Shown here: positions 53,164-62,578 of the stretch, in pieces
Position numbering within the stretch: the stretch's first letter is position 1
Layout of the letters: the number at the start of each line of letters is the position of its first letter
Source of the DNA: an uncultured Acidimicrobiales bacterium
Lineage (GTDB): Bacteria; Actinomycetota; Acidimicrobiia; Acidimicrobiales; SZUA-35
Reading direction: 5' to 3'
Assembly: GCA_963803845.1 (NCBI GenBank)
Contig: CAWDNZ010000004.1
Span: 962,572-1,026,571 of the forward strand
Length of the DNA: 64,000 nucleotides
Position numbers and translations under genes: made by a program
Notes under the pieces: model-generated
Told to the model about the DNA's origin: nothing
Databases searched by the model: none
What the model saw: the letters and a program-made list of their open reading frames with translations, nothing else

Positions 53164-55091
53164 CAGTTGTCCAGAGCGCGCTGCACGCGATGAAGGAGCA
53201 GCGGCATGCTGAAAGGCTTCGCAATGTAGTTCTCCACGCCCATTTCAAAGGCCTGGCGCATTTCGCCTTCGATCGTGCGGGAAGACACAACAATGATCTT
53301 CATGCGTCCGAAGTGACCGGACGCCTGCATCTGGCGGAGGAATTGAAGTCCTCCGACCCCTCGCTGCTCGAGTTCCAAAAGGATGAGCCGGGGGAAGGGG
53401 CGGTCCATGCCGCCGGTGAGGTAACGAAGACCTTCGAGGGAGTCCGTCTCGTGCTCAACTCGCAAGCCGCGCCGTTCCATGGTGGCTTGAAGCACCGAGC
53501 CCAGCGTCTCGTCGGGATCCAGAATGTAGACATCGGGGGGTCGCTCGGAGTTGGGCCGCCAGTCCGCCCCAACCACCCAGGGTCCGTCCTCAGCTGTTAC
53601 TCGTTCGATCATCCGCATGCCGCCCGTGACGAGATCCTCCAATGATCGACCATCGACCGGGAACTCCAGGCAGGCCACTCGGCCGCCACCGGAACGAAGA
53701 CTGAATTTGTCCGAGAGCGTGCGCATCCGGTTCACCAGCGTGGTTCGGTTGACTGCCTCTAGCAGGACCACAACATGGCGGTCGTCGTAGCGAGCCATTA
53801 TGTCGCCGCGGCGAAATTCCTTTCCGATCTCCTCGTCACGGCTGTTCCGCCGATCGATTGGCAATTCCAACAACGCCAGTCCGACCGGCGCACTTCGTCG
53901 CATGGCACTGGTGAGCATTCGCTCGATCAGGACCTGTGCTGGTCGCCATGCGAGAACCCCGTCGGGCTTGTCGCTATCGCTGATTTTGGCGCTGAGCGAC
54001 CGGCGACTCAAGCGCGAGCGTACGAGCGCAAGGACTTCGTTCGTGCGGTCGCCGGTGAACACTGCATCGGCCCCGGCGCGGAGGAGTTCCTCCACTTCGG
54101 CGCCACCGGACGCGGCGATGACGATGGCACCGATGTTCCGAGTCTTGATGTCGCTGCGGAGAAGTTCGATCAGCTCGCGGGCGGACATAGTGAAAGCGCT
54201 CTCCACGATGACGATCGCTTCAACGGGGTCATCCATGAGCGACTGCCACAGTGAACTCACTGATTTTTCAGAGCGAACCGGCAGTCCAGCTTCCTTCATC
54301 TTGGCGGCCAACCACTCCGAGGCTCGACCGATTGTGAGCACCTCATTCCCTTTCCGACGCTTGGTGCTGAGGAGCGCAATCTCCTCCATCAGGGCGTTGG
54401 GATGAAGCTCGAGATTGAGGATGGTCGTCACGTTCTCAACCCCCCGTAGCCGCTGCTGGAGGGTATTCGTTGGGCACAAGACGATGATCGGCGTGGCATA
54501 GAACGTCTGCCCGACGGCACGTATGAGGGGACGCGCTGCTCCGAGATCCGGATCGGGAGCGGTCACCATGACTACATCGGGCGGCCGCATTCCCGGGGGT
54601 ACGGCCTGTAGACCGTTCTCGTGAAAGGTGACTTTCAGGCCCCGCGTAATCGCCACCCACATCAGGCGGTCCGCCTGGGGCAGCTGGGGACCAACCACCA
54701 GGAGATGCCGCCCGATGCCAAGACTTGCCATGGCCTCGCCGACTTCGGATGCGATGGAAAGCCGCGTGTCGTCGAGGAGAGAAGACAGCTGAACAGCTTC
54801 GCTCGACGGCAGATCCCGCTGGTCGATGGTGTTGGCAACGATCCGAACGAGGTCTGCTCCGGCCGACATGCCCAGCGTCGCCAAGGTGCTGGCCAGGGCA
54901 TTGCAAAGTTGGGCTGCCTCGGCGATTTCTTCGCCAGAGAGCGGCCGGTCGAAGAGGCTCATCGTAAAGCGTTCGAGCCGACCCAGACGGTGTTCCAACT
55001 GTGCGTGGATCCGCAGCCAGATCTGCTCTGCCAGTGGGGTGGTCTTAGGACGAGCGTCCTCGAACTCGGTATCGGCGACGGACATAGCCAT
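53163..55091 (-). CDS. Multi-domain response-regulator-like protein: helical N-terminus, two degenerate receiver-like regions, a degenerate GGDEF domain with RxxD retained, and a C-terminal receiver with Glu at the phosphoacceptor position
   Basis: RRGD-IMARY-DDRHV (53813-53772) aligns with RxxD-x5-GG(D/E)EF. C-terminal REC: DPDE, LILLELE (E573, codon 53375-53373), VVSS, AKPF. Confidence 0.7.
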   Translation of the reverse strand: MAMSVADTEFEDARPKTTPLAEQIWLRIHAQLEHRLGRLERFTMSLFDRPLSGEEIAEAAQLCNALASTLATLGMSAGADLVRIVANTIDQRDLPSSEAVQLSSLLDDTRLSIASEVGEAMASLGIGRHLLVVGPQLPQADRLMWVAITRGLKVTFHENGLQAVPPGMRPPDVVMVTAPDPDLGAARPLIRAVGQTFYATPIIVLCPTNTLQQRLRGVENVTTILNLELHPNALMEEIALLSTKRRKGNEVLTIGRASEWLAAKMKEAGLPVRSEKSVSSLWQSLMDDPVEAIVIVESAFTMSARELIELLRSDIKTRNIGAIVIAASGGAEVEELLRAGADAVFTGDRTNEVLALVRSRLSRRSLSAKISDSDKPDGVLAWRPAQVLIERMLTSAMRRSAPVGLALLELPIDRRNSRDEEIGKEFRRGDIMARYDDRHVVVLLEAVNRTTLVNRMRTLSDKFSLRSGGGRVACLEFPVDGRSLEDLVTGGMRMIERVTAEDGPWVVGADWRPNSERPPDVYILDPDETLGSVLQATMERRGLRVEHETDSLEGLRYLTGGMDRPFPRLILLELEQRGVGGLQFLRQMQASGHFGRMKIIVVSSRTIEGEMRQAFEMGVENYIAKPFSMPLLLHRVQRALDN

Positions 55092-55197
55092 ATTCTTTCG
55101 GCACCTTTCGAGCAGGATTCATCGGACGCTCTGAACTATTTGGTCTCCGGATTTCCGTTGGGCTCAATGTCCAAGCCGCGGAGCCGATTGGGATCAT

Positions 55198-55554
55198 GTG
55201 AGGGTGAAGCTGGCTGCTGTCGTTGCTTCGTTGGCGATCCTCAGCGGATGCGGATCCTCATCCGATGACCTGGCGTTTGCCGAAACCGTCGCTCCCACCA
55301 CGCTGATTGAACGGCCCTCGGTGACGTTCAAGCGGGCCGAAACCGACCTGATCAGCTTCCATGCGTCATGGCTTTGTGAGTTCCAGCGCCGCACGTTTAG
55401 CTCTCCCACCGGCGGAGTCGAGGCGCTCTCGGTCCAGTTGGAGCGGTCCGGCGTGGCACCTACGGACTACGAAGCGTTCCTTCTTCGGCTCGGCAGCTCC
55501 CAGGATTTGCGGGATGCTGTGTTGTTCTCGTTCCAGGAGAACTGCCTGAGGTAG
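55198..55554 (+). CDS. Small lipoprotein, unknown function
   Basis: Signal peptide with lipobox LAILSGC. Confidence 0.6.
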   Translation: MRVKLAAVVASLAILSGCGSSSDDLAFAETVAPTTLIERPSVTFKRAETDLISFHASWLCEFQRRTFSSPTGGVEALSVQLERSGVAPTDYEAFLLRLGSSQDLRDAVLFSFQENCLR

Positions 55555-55639
55555 GCCATACGACCTCCCGGAGCTGGGCTTCTCTGGGTGGAACACCCCG
55601 ATAGGTAAGGAAAGCCGATCGGTCTGCCGAAGTCACGGT

Positions 55640-56449
55640 ATGCCGATTTCCAAGACGCTCAGCGCAGTCGCTATTTCCAGCATCGCTCTTGCCTCGCTCG
55701 TTTCCCCGGCCGCAGCCGCGCCGAAGGACACCGACCTGCCCGTTGCTCCAATCCTCCTCAGCAACTCCAAAATTAACTGGGTCGCCGGTTCGACCGGATG
55801 GATCCACCTTTCCTGGACGGCGTCAGAAGACCTTCAGGATGTGCGGGTCACCGTGACCCCTGCTTCGAAAGGGATCACGATCGAGTACCCCGATAACGCT
55901 AGACACGACGGCTACACCGGTCTGATGGTGGATGCTGACCTTTCCGCCAACGAGATTGACTTCGCAAGTTTCCTCGCCACCACCGTCGACGACAACAATG
56001 GCACCAAGTGGGCGTCCGTTTCCGTGGAGTGGACGGACGGCGGGGAGCGCCACAGCATGGACGCCGGCCGTTTGAGCCTCACCAACAAGAAGTATAAAGG
56101 CGATGATTTCGCCATCCTTACGGAGGTCTCCTCGGCCGTGAGCGGTGATGACGCTGATCCGATGGCCAACTGGATTGAGGTGGGCTACATGGGTCTGTCG
56201 CCGATGAATAGCAACTTCGCCATCGAAGTCACCTCCGACGGCGTGCCGATCTATCATCCTCAAGAATCCTTCACCAGCCTGCACCACGATCACGTGTTAA
56301 ACGGCGGCGAGTCCGATGTAGCCCGGATCTTCATTGATCCGACCGCCATCACCTCCGGGACCCGGATGCTCGATGTCACTATCTCCTACACGAATCTGGC
56401 GGGCGTGGCCAAGGTCAAGACACACCAAGTCGTATTGAGCATCTCCTAG
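55640..56449 (+). CDS. Secreted protein of unknown function
   Basis: Sec signal peptide (ALASLVSPAAAAP) and a beta-rich-looking body. No family recognised. Confidence 0.6.
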   Translation: MPISKTLSAVAISSIALASLVSPAAAAPKDTDLPVAPILLSNSKINWVAGSTGWIHLSWTASEDLQDVRVTVTPASKGITIEYPDNARHDGYTGLMVDADLSANEIDFASFLATTVDDNNGTKWASVSVEWTDGGERHSMDAGRLSLTNKKYKGDDFAILTEVSSAVSGDDADPMANWIEVGYMGLSPMNSNFAIEVTSDGVPIYHPQESFTSLHHDHVLNGGESDVARIFIDPTAITSGTRMLDVTISYTNLAGVAKVKTHQVVLSIS

Positions 56450-56515
56450 AACGCACCACCAACGCCGAGCCGCTTGCGCCGTCGGTGAGCCACCCTTCGC
56501 CCTTAGCATGAGCCG

Positions 56516-56875
56516 ATGAAGCTGGACCCGTGCCCGTCATCCCCCAACTGCATTTCCTCGCAGGCCGAGGAGTCGGATAGTCAGCACTTCATGGCTGCCA
56601 TCCCCTACCCCGGGACCGCAGAGGAAGCTCTGTCGGCGGTGGCCGAAGTTCTTGGCGAGGCAAGTGGGGCGGTCATCAAAGAACGGTCGACCGAGTTGGT
56701 GAGGGCGGTCTTCACCACCAGGTTCTTCCGTTTCAAGGATGACGTGATCTTTGCGGCGGACCAAGCCAACAAGCTTCTGCATTTTCGCAGTGCGTCCCGT
56801 GTGGGGAAGAGCGATCTCGGGGCCAACCGCAAGCGCCTGGAGGCGCTGTTGCCGCAAATATCGGCCAGGTTGTAG
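56516..56875 (+). CDS. DUF1499 family protein
   Basis: N-terminal PCPSSPNCISS motif. Confidence 0.6.
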   Translation: MKLDPCPSSPNCISSQAEESDSQHFMAAIPYPGTAEEALSAVAEVLGEASGAVIKERSTELVRAVFTTRFFRFKDDVIFAADQANKLLHFRSASRVGKSDLGANRKRLEALLPQISARL

Positions 56876-56895
56876 GGCTTCCCTTGGACCTCGTT

Positions 56896-57273
56896 CTAGG
56901 TGGACAGACGCGGTAGGAACGTTCCGGGGCCTTCGGTCTTGACTCCCTCGGGTAGACGCTGCTTCAAGCCTTTGTCGGCGCTGACCACGGTGACATCTGC
57001 ACAGCCGAGGGCTTGTACCAATTCGACGATCACATCATCGGCGGCGTTCCGCGCAGAGCGTTCGGCGAACTGAATCCGGAGGTTGCCGCCAGCCAGTGTG
57101 CCAACATCCTCGACGTGGGGTCCGTCGAAAACGAGGTGAACCGTGTCCTCGTGGCTCCAACACCATTGGGCGATCTCTTGACCCAGCCGCTCCATCGCCG
57201 CTGGTCGATCGTTCCACCACTTGTCGGGCCGGCTGCCCATGATGTTGTTGCCATCGAGAATCCAGGCCGTCAT
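56896..57273 (-). CDS. NYN-domain (YacP-like) putative RNase
   Basis: ILDGNNIMGSRPDKWW...VHLVFDG...VVSADKGL. Confidence 0.6.
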   Translation of the reverse strand: MTAWILDGNNIMGSRPDKWWNDRPAAMERLGQEIAQWCWSHEDTVHLVFDGPHVEDVGTLAGGNLRIQFAERSARNAADDVIVELVQALGCADVTVVSADKGLKQRLPEGVKTEGPGTFLPRLST

Positions 57274-58082
57274 CGGCGGGCAGGAATTAGTTTCTCCGCA
57301 TTGCCCGCTGTGATTGCGTGATAGGTGGCGTCGCTGAGACCGAGTTTCTTCAAGGCGTCCAGCTGAAGTGCGCTGGTGGTGCCCGTGTTCGGTGCATCGG
57401 TTCCGAAAAGGAGTCGATCGGCGAAGCGCTCCGCATCGGCCGCTGTGAGTGGAACCGGTTCAAAGATGACCGGTGCGAGGTCGCAATAAAGGTTCCGATG
57501 CCGCCCCATCATGGCGATTGCGGCCTCGTAGGCGTTGTGGCCGCAGTGAGCGAGAATGAAGGTGGTCTCGGGATGAGAGGTGACCGCTTCGGCGATCGGG
57601 ATCAATTCTTCTGCGTCGGTGTGCCCACTGACGGCGTGACCTGCATGCACGGTGACCGGTATACCCAACTCACCGGCGCGGCTGAGTACGGGAGCCAAGC
57701 CCGGATCGGTGAGTTCGTACTCTCCCACCGAGCAGTGCAACTTGAGAAGGCGGGCACCCGCTTCGACGGCGTTGTCGAGATCCTCGACTGGATCGTCGTC
57801 CAGCGGGTGAACAGTGCACCCTGAGACGATTCGGACCGGATGATCGCTGTATGCGTGAGCAACTTCCAGCATCGAAGCATTGAGGGTCGCCGCCATGCCC
57901 GGCTTGTGGGCATAGGGGAGGTTCCAAACTGTGGTCACCCCTTCGGCGGCGTGTCGGGTGAGGAGATCGTCGTAGTCCAAGCCGTAGGCCAGCTTCTGGT
58001 TCAGCAGGTACTGGTCGAAGAATCCTCGGACCTTACGAGCCAATCGCTGCGGAAGGAGGTGGGTATGGCAGTCGGTGACCAT
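57270..58082 (-). CDS. Amidohydrolase family protein (Amidohydro_2 type)
   Basis: DCHTHLLP metal-binding start, HAGH, HCGH, and a C-terminal FGTDAP. Confidence 0.75.
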   Translation of the reverse strand: MVTDCHTHLLPQRLARKVRGFFDQYLLNQKLAYGLDYDDLLTRHAAEGVTTVWNLPYAHKPGMAATLNASMLEVAHAYSDHPVRIVSGCTVHPLDDDPVEDLDNAVEAGARLLKLHCSVGEYELTDPGLAPVLSRAGELGIPVTVHAGHAVSGHTDAEELIPIAEAVTSHPETTFILAHCGHNAYEAAIAMMGRHRNLYCDLAPVIFEPVPLTAADAERFADRLLFGTDAPNTGTTSALQLDALKKLGLSDATYHAITAGNAEKLIPARR

Positions 58083-58149
58083 AGTGATTCAGACGGTATT
58101 CCACGAACCGGGGTTGCACCAACTGAACAACGAGCTGACAGGCTGGAGT

Positions 58150-58785
58150 ATGGCCGGTAGTCCCTCGTTCTTCGATCGCTGGTCGCTCAGCTATGACCGC
58201 GAGCGTCTCCAACAATCCACGTACACGCCAATCCATGACGAAGTGCTGCGCCGACTGGCCGAGACCGGTCCCGGGCGGATTCTGGACCTGGGCTGCGGCA
58301 CCGGCCACCTGACCAAGCGCATGATCGATGCATTTCCAGCCTCCGGAGTGGTGGGAGTCGATCTGTCACCGGGGATGCTCACCAAGGCGACCGACCGGCT
58401 GTCTGCGGATCGAACCGGGGGAGCGGTGCTGGTGCGATCCGATGCGCAGCGGCTTCCTTTCGCACCTGGCTCTTTCGACGTGATTACCTGTACGGAATCG
58501 TTCCACTGGTACACCGATCAGGTTGCCACGATGGAAACGCTCCGGGACCTGCTGGTCCCTGGCGGGCGTTTGCTGCTGGCCTCGATCGCCACCGTCACCG
58601 GGATCGGCGAGGATATTCTCCGATTTGTTTCCCAACTGGGCGGTACCCCGATCCGAGCGCTCACCGGCGATCACATGCGTGCCATTGCGGAAAAAGCGGG
58701 TCTGGCTGTGGTGGATCAACGGCGTATACGGAGACCGGGCTTCCTCCCACCACCGATCTTCACCGAGGCCGTCAGACGGAGCTAG
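58150..58785 (+). CDS. Class I SAM-dependent methyltransferase
   Basis: ILDLGCGTGHLT motif I and VVGVDLSPGML. Start at 58150; the alternative 58075 overlaps the divergent gene. Confidence 0.8.
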   Translation: MAGSPSFFDRWSLSYDRERLQQSTYTPIHDEVLRRLAETGPGRILDLGCGTGHLTKRMIDAFPASGVVGVDLSPGMLTKATDRLSADRTGGAVLVRSDAQRLPFAPGSFDVITCTESFHWYTDQVATMETLRDLLVPGGRLLLASIATVTGIGEDILRFVSQLGGTPIRALTGDHMRAIAEKAGLAVVDQRRIRRPGFLPPPIFTEAVRRS

Positions 58786-59195
58786 CGGAGGCGGCGGGCG
58801 ATCCGATGCGCCTGGCGAACCTGCCGGTCGGTGAGGTCGAACCACTCGCCGTTCATCCGTTGAGCTTCGAAGACAACGTGCAAGGTGGCTTCGGCGGCGC
58901 GGGCCTCGGCGCTCGTTCGGTAACTCACCGAGTGGAGCAGGGCCAGTGATTCAGGATGGCCGGTCTGGAGGTTGGCGAGACGTTCACCGGGGTCGTGGGA
59001 GATGCCGATCTTCACTGCGCCCTGTTCGTCGCTGATCAAATACACATGGCTACGGTCCGTGCCGAGCCCGAACGGCAGCTGGTCGATTGCTCGGATCATC
59101 TGCGCCCCCGAGGTCACCAATTCGGTTCGACCGGTCAGCAGGCGAAGGGCGATGCCCACGATGCCAACGGCAAACCCGGCCATGAACAAGGTCAT
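58782..59195 (-). CDS. Membrane-anchored T5orf172 / MUG113 (GIY-YIG superfamily) domain protein
   Basis: VYLISDEQGAVKIGISHDPGERLANLQTGHPESL...GEWFDL. The only in-frame start not overlapping hrpB is ATG 59195. Confidence 0.7.
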   Translation of the reverse strand: MTLFMAGFAVGIVGIALRLLTGRTELVTSGAQMIRAIDQLPFGLGTDRSHVYLISDEQGAVKIGISHDPGERLANLQTGHPESLALLHSVSYRTSAEARAAEATLHVVFEAQRMNGEWFDLTDRQVRQAHRIARRLR

Positions 59196-59329
59196 GCCCG
59201 AGAGGATTACCAGCGGAATCAGAAGTATTCGTCCGATGCCACTCCATCGGCAGCCAGTCTCACCACAGGAGCGATTGGTGGCCGGAGCGAGCCTTCCGCC
59301 CGTAGGGTCGGGATACCATCGCTCGCATC

Positions 59330-61744
59330 GTGAGCAGACTGACGTGGACCGCCACCGGGTTGCCGGTGGAAGGGGCCTTGGATCAGATCGTTGCGGCGAT
59401 GCGCACTTCCAAGACAATGGTCTTGGTGGCCGAGCCTGGGGCGGGAAAGTCGTCATTGGTTCCGTTGATGGTCGCCCGCGAGATCGGTGGCCGAGTTGTG
59501 ATGCTTCAGCCCCGGCGACTGGCCGCTCGGGCCACCGCGCAGCGACTGGCCGCTCTTCTGGGCGAGCAGCTTGGCGACTCCGTTGGGCTCACAATGCGGG
59601 GCGAAAGGAAGGTGTCCCGGCACTGCCGGATCGAGGTTGTGACCGAAGCAGTGCTCACCAATCGGATCCAAAACGATCCGGAACTCCCGGGTGTGGGAGC
59701 TGTCATCTTCGACGAGTTCCACGAGCGAAGTCTTCACGCTGATCTGGGTCTGGCGATGGCCGTGGAATCTCGAGCACTGCTTCGACCCGACCTCGGCATC
59801 GTCGTCATGTCGGCCACGATCAACCCAACACCCATCGCCCGCCTGCTCGGCTCGGGTCCCAACGGCCCTTCCCCGGTGGTCTCGGTGCCGGGCCGAACGT
59901 TCCCGGTGTCCACTCGCTACCACGAGCGGCCCCCGCGCCGTGACTGGACAGAAAGGATCGCCGCGGTTACTCGGTTGGCGCTGGCCGAGAACGATGGCGA
60001 CGCCCTGGTCTTCGTTCCGGGTAGAGGCGAGGTGGATCGGGTGGTGCGGGCCCTCTCGGGTCAGGGCGGGTTGGAGGTTCTCGGGCTCCACGGTGGCACC
60101 GAGAGCGATCTGCAACGGGACATCCTCGCCGGTGGCAAGACCCGTCGAGTGATTGTGGCGACCACCATCGCCGAGACTTCTGTGACCGTGCCGGGGGTGA
60201 ACATCGTGGTCGATGGGGGCCTGGCTCGTCGTCCGGCCTTCGATGCAGACACCGGCCTTGGGTCGCTGGAAACCGTCTTCGTTACCCGCTTCGGCGCCGA
60301 TCAGCGCCGCGGCCGCGCCGGCCGCTTGGGACCCGGTGTGTGCCACCGTTTGTGGTCTGCCGAGGACGAGCGCCATTTGGCGGAGGCAACCGAGCCCGAG
60401 ATCCGCACGGGCGACCCGCTCCCACTGGCCATTGCGCTGGCTCGATGGGGTGATCCAACGGCCGCTGATCTCCCACTGTTGGACAAGCCCGATGAGCACC
60501 GTCTCGAGGCTGGGCGTCGGGCGCTGGAGCTGTTGGGCCTGGTCGATGGCACCGGGATGCTGTCACGCCTCGGAGACGAAGTGGCCAGGATGCCGGTACA
60601 TCCGCGCCATGCTCTCGCGGTGTTTCATGCCCCCGAAGGGGTGCTCCGAGAGCGGGTGATCGCGTTGGTCAGCGCTATTGAGGAGGGCGTTCGTTTTCGT
60701 TCGGCGGATCTGGAGGCGGCGTCTGCGGCGGAGGTGGATCGGGGTCGGAGATCCGCCAGAGCACTGCGAAAACATCGTCGGTCGTTTCCCCCACCTGGGA
60801 GTGACCGCCTCCCCACCGATGTTGCGGAGTGTTTGTTGGATGCATGGCCAGACCGAGTCGGCATGCGGCGCACCGATCGCCCTGGTCGTTTTCTCCTCGC
60901 CACGGGTACGGAGGTCCAGGTCCCGGAGAATGATGTTCTGGCGGGCGCCGAGTTCATCGTGGCCGCAGCCGCGGACGGCCGGGCCCCCGAGATCCGGCTT
61001 CGTTCTGCGGTAGCGCTGGACCGAGCCACGGTTCTCGAGCGAATGGAACACCGGATTGAGCGAATCGAGGTGGTTACATGGGACGAACGCCAACAACGGG
61101 TAGTGGCCGAATGGCAGGACCGTTTGGGTGCCATCGTGGTGAGGAGTGCACCGCTACCGAAACCGGATCCCCAGATGGTCGAACGTGCCCTTTACGATGC
61201 GGTGCGATCCAAGGGCTTGACAGCGTTGCGGTGGACCGACGAAGCGATCGCGATCTTGCATCGGCTCCGCTGGCTTCACGGCGTGGCACCGGATGGGTGG
61301 CCGATCGTGACCGACCAAGCACTTCTTGAGCGGTTGCCAGAATGGGTCCAGATCGGCACGGCTGTTCGACCCGGTGAGATCGTTGCCGGTCGAGGAATCC
61401 TAGATCTGCTGGATTGGCAGCAGCGCCGGGACCTCGACGAGCAAGCCCCGGTTGAGCTCACGCCATCCAAGGGCAACCCCCGTCCGGTCGACTACGCCAG
61501 CGGTCGACCCGTATGGTCGGTTCGGCTCCAGGATCTCTTTGGAATGAATGTGCACCCAGTCGTCGGACCCAATCGGACGCCCGTGACCGTAGAACTCCTC
61601 ACACCGGCGAATCGGCCCGCTCAGACTACGAATGATCTACCGGGATTTTGGCGCGGTTCTTACGCCGAGGTCCGACGCGATCTCCGGGGCCGTTATCCCA
61701 AACACGATTGGCCCGAGGACCCACTGTCTGTTGATTCGCCTTAG
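59330..61744 (+). CDS. hrpB: ATP-dependent RNA helicase HrpB (DEAH box)
   Basis: AEPGAGKSS, DEFHERS, SATI, TIAETSVTV, QRRGRAGR, and an HrpB C-terminal domain. GTG start. Confidence 0.9.
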   Translation: MSRLTWTATGLPVEGALDQIVAAMRTSKTMVLVAEPGAGKSSLVPLMVAREIGGRVVMLQPRRLAARATAQRLAALLGEQLGDSVGLTMRGERKVSRHCRIEVVTEAVLTNRIQNDPELPGVGAVIFDEFHERSLHADLGLAMAVESRALLRPDLGIVVMSATINPTPIARLLGSGPNGPSPVVSVPGRTFPVSTRYHERPPRRDWTERIAAVTRLALAENDGDALVFVPGRGEVDRVVRALSGQGGLEVLGLHGGTESDLQRDILAGGKTRRVIVATTIAETSVTVPGVNIVVDGGLARRPAFDADTGLGSLETVFVTRFGADQRRGRAGRLGPGVCHRLWSAEDERHLAEATEPEIRTGDPLPLAIALARWGDPTAADLPLLDKPDEHRLEAGRRALELLGLVDGTGMLSRLGDEVARMPVHPRHALAVFHAPEGVLRERVIALVSAIEEGVRFRSADLEAASAAEVDRGRRSARALRKHRRSFPPPGSDRLPTDVAECLLDAWPDRVGMRRTDRPGRFLLATGTEVQVPENDVLAGAEFIVAAAADGRAPEIRLRSAVALDRATVLERMEHRIERIEVVTWDERQQRVVAEWQDRLGAIVVRSAPLPKPDPQMVERALYDAVRSKGLTALRWTDEAIAILHRLRWLHGVAPDGWPIVTDQALLERLPEWVQIGTAVRPGEIVAGRGILDLLDWQQRRDLDEQAPVELTPSKGNPRPVDYASGRPVWSVRLQDLFGMNVHPVVGPNRTPVTVELLTPANRPAQTTNDLPGFWRGSYAEVRRDLRGRYPKHDWPEDPLSVDSP

Positions 61745-62529
61745 GCCGGCGCCGGAAGTTGGGTTGCAAAGAAATCCAAGACCTGGTTGAGCGCAACGTG
61801 GGTAGGGTGACCGGGCACATCGATCAGGTCCTCGGTGAGCACCGAATGGGCGGTGCGTTTAATGCTGAGGGATCGGTCCGGACTCTGGATCTCGACCGCG
61901 GTGAAGCGATCTCCCAGCGCCCGAGCAAGGAAGGCGAAACGGTCGGCCGGAACCAGCAAGTCACCGGTGAATCGCAGGCCCATCACGTTGCAGCCGTTGG
62001 CCTTCACCGCCTCCAGGTCCTCTGGCGAAATGGAGAGTGATCCGGCCCGTTCAGCTCCAAGGGCGAGAGGTCCCGCCGGCTGGGAGAGCACCGGTGCCCG
62101 CACCACGGGCTCGGTTGCCATCGCCAGCGCAAAACCTCCGGAAAAGCACATCCCCAGAGCACCTACCGGTTGGCCCCCGAGACTCTCCGAGAGCAGCTTG
62201 GCAAGCGCTCGCAACCATTGGGCGATCGGCGGGGTTTCAGCGGCGGCGAAGAGAGCGAACTCCTTGGCCACGCACACCCTGGCGACGGTCTGGGCGAGGT
62301 AAGGAACGTTGGGCTCACGGCCGGGTATGCCACTGAGCGACGGCAACCAGACGGTGGCACCCCGGTCCACCAAACGATCGGCAAACGACAGCACAGAAGG
62401 AGTAATTCCGGGGACCTCGTGGATCACGATGATCCCTCGTTCGGGCGAGCTTTCAGGGGAACGTGTGAACACCGGGCGTTCCGTATCACCGTGGGTGAAG
62501 GTGGTTTTCTTGTAGTCGGACAGCGCCAT
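61741..62529 (-). CDS. Dienelactone hydrolase family protein
   Basis: GIIVIHEVPGITP..., GMCFSGGFA nucleophile. ATG at 62529 avoids overlap with the upstream gene. Confidence 0.75.
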   Translation of the reverse strand: MALSDYKKTTFTHGDTERPVFTRSPESSPERGIIVIHEVPGITPSVLSFADRLVDRGATVWLPSLSGIPGREPNVPYLAQTVARVCVAKEFALFAAAETPPIAQWLRALAKLLSESLGGQPVGALGMCFSGGFALAMATEPVVRAPVLSQPAGPLALGAERAGSLSISPEDLEAVKANGCNVMGLRFTGDLLVPADRFAFLARALGDRFTAVEIQSPDRSLSIKRTAHSVLTEDLIDVPGHPTHVALNQVLDFFATQLPAPA

Positions 62530-62578
62530 TGGAAGGACTCTATTCAGCTCGTTGCGTGAAAAGTCGTCGCTCCGATCC

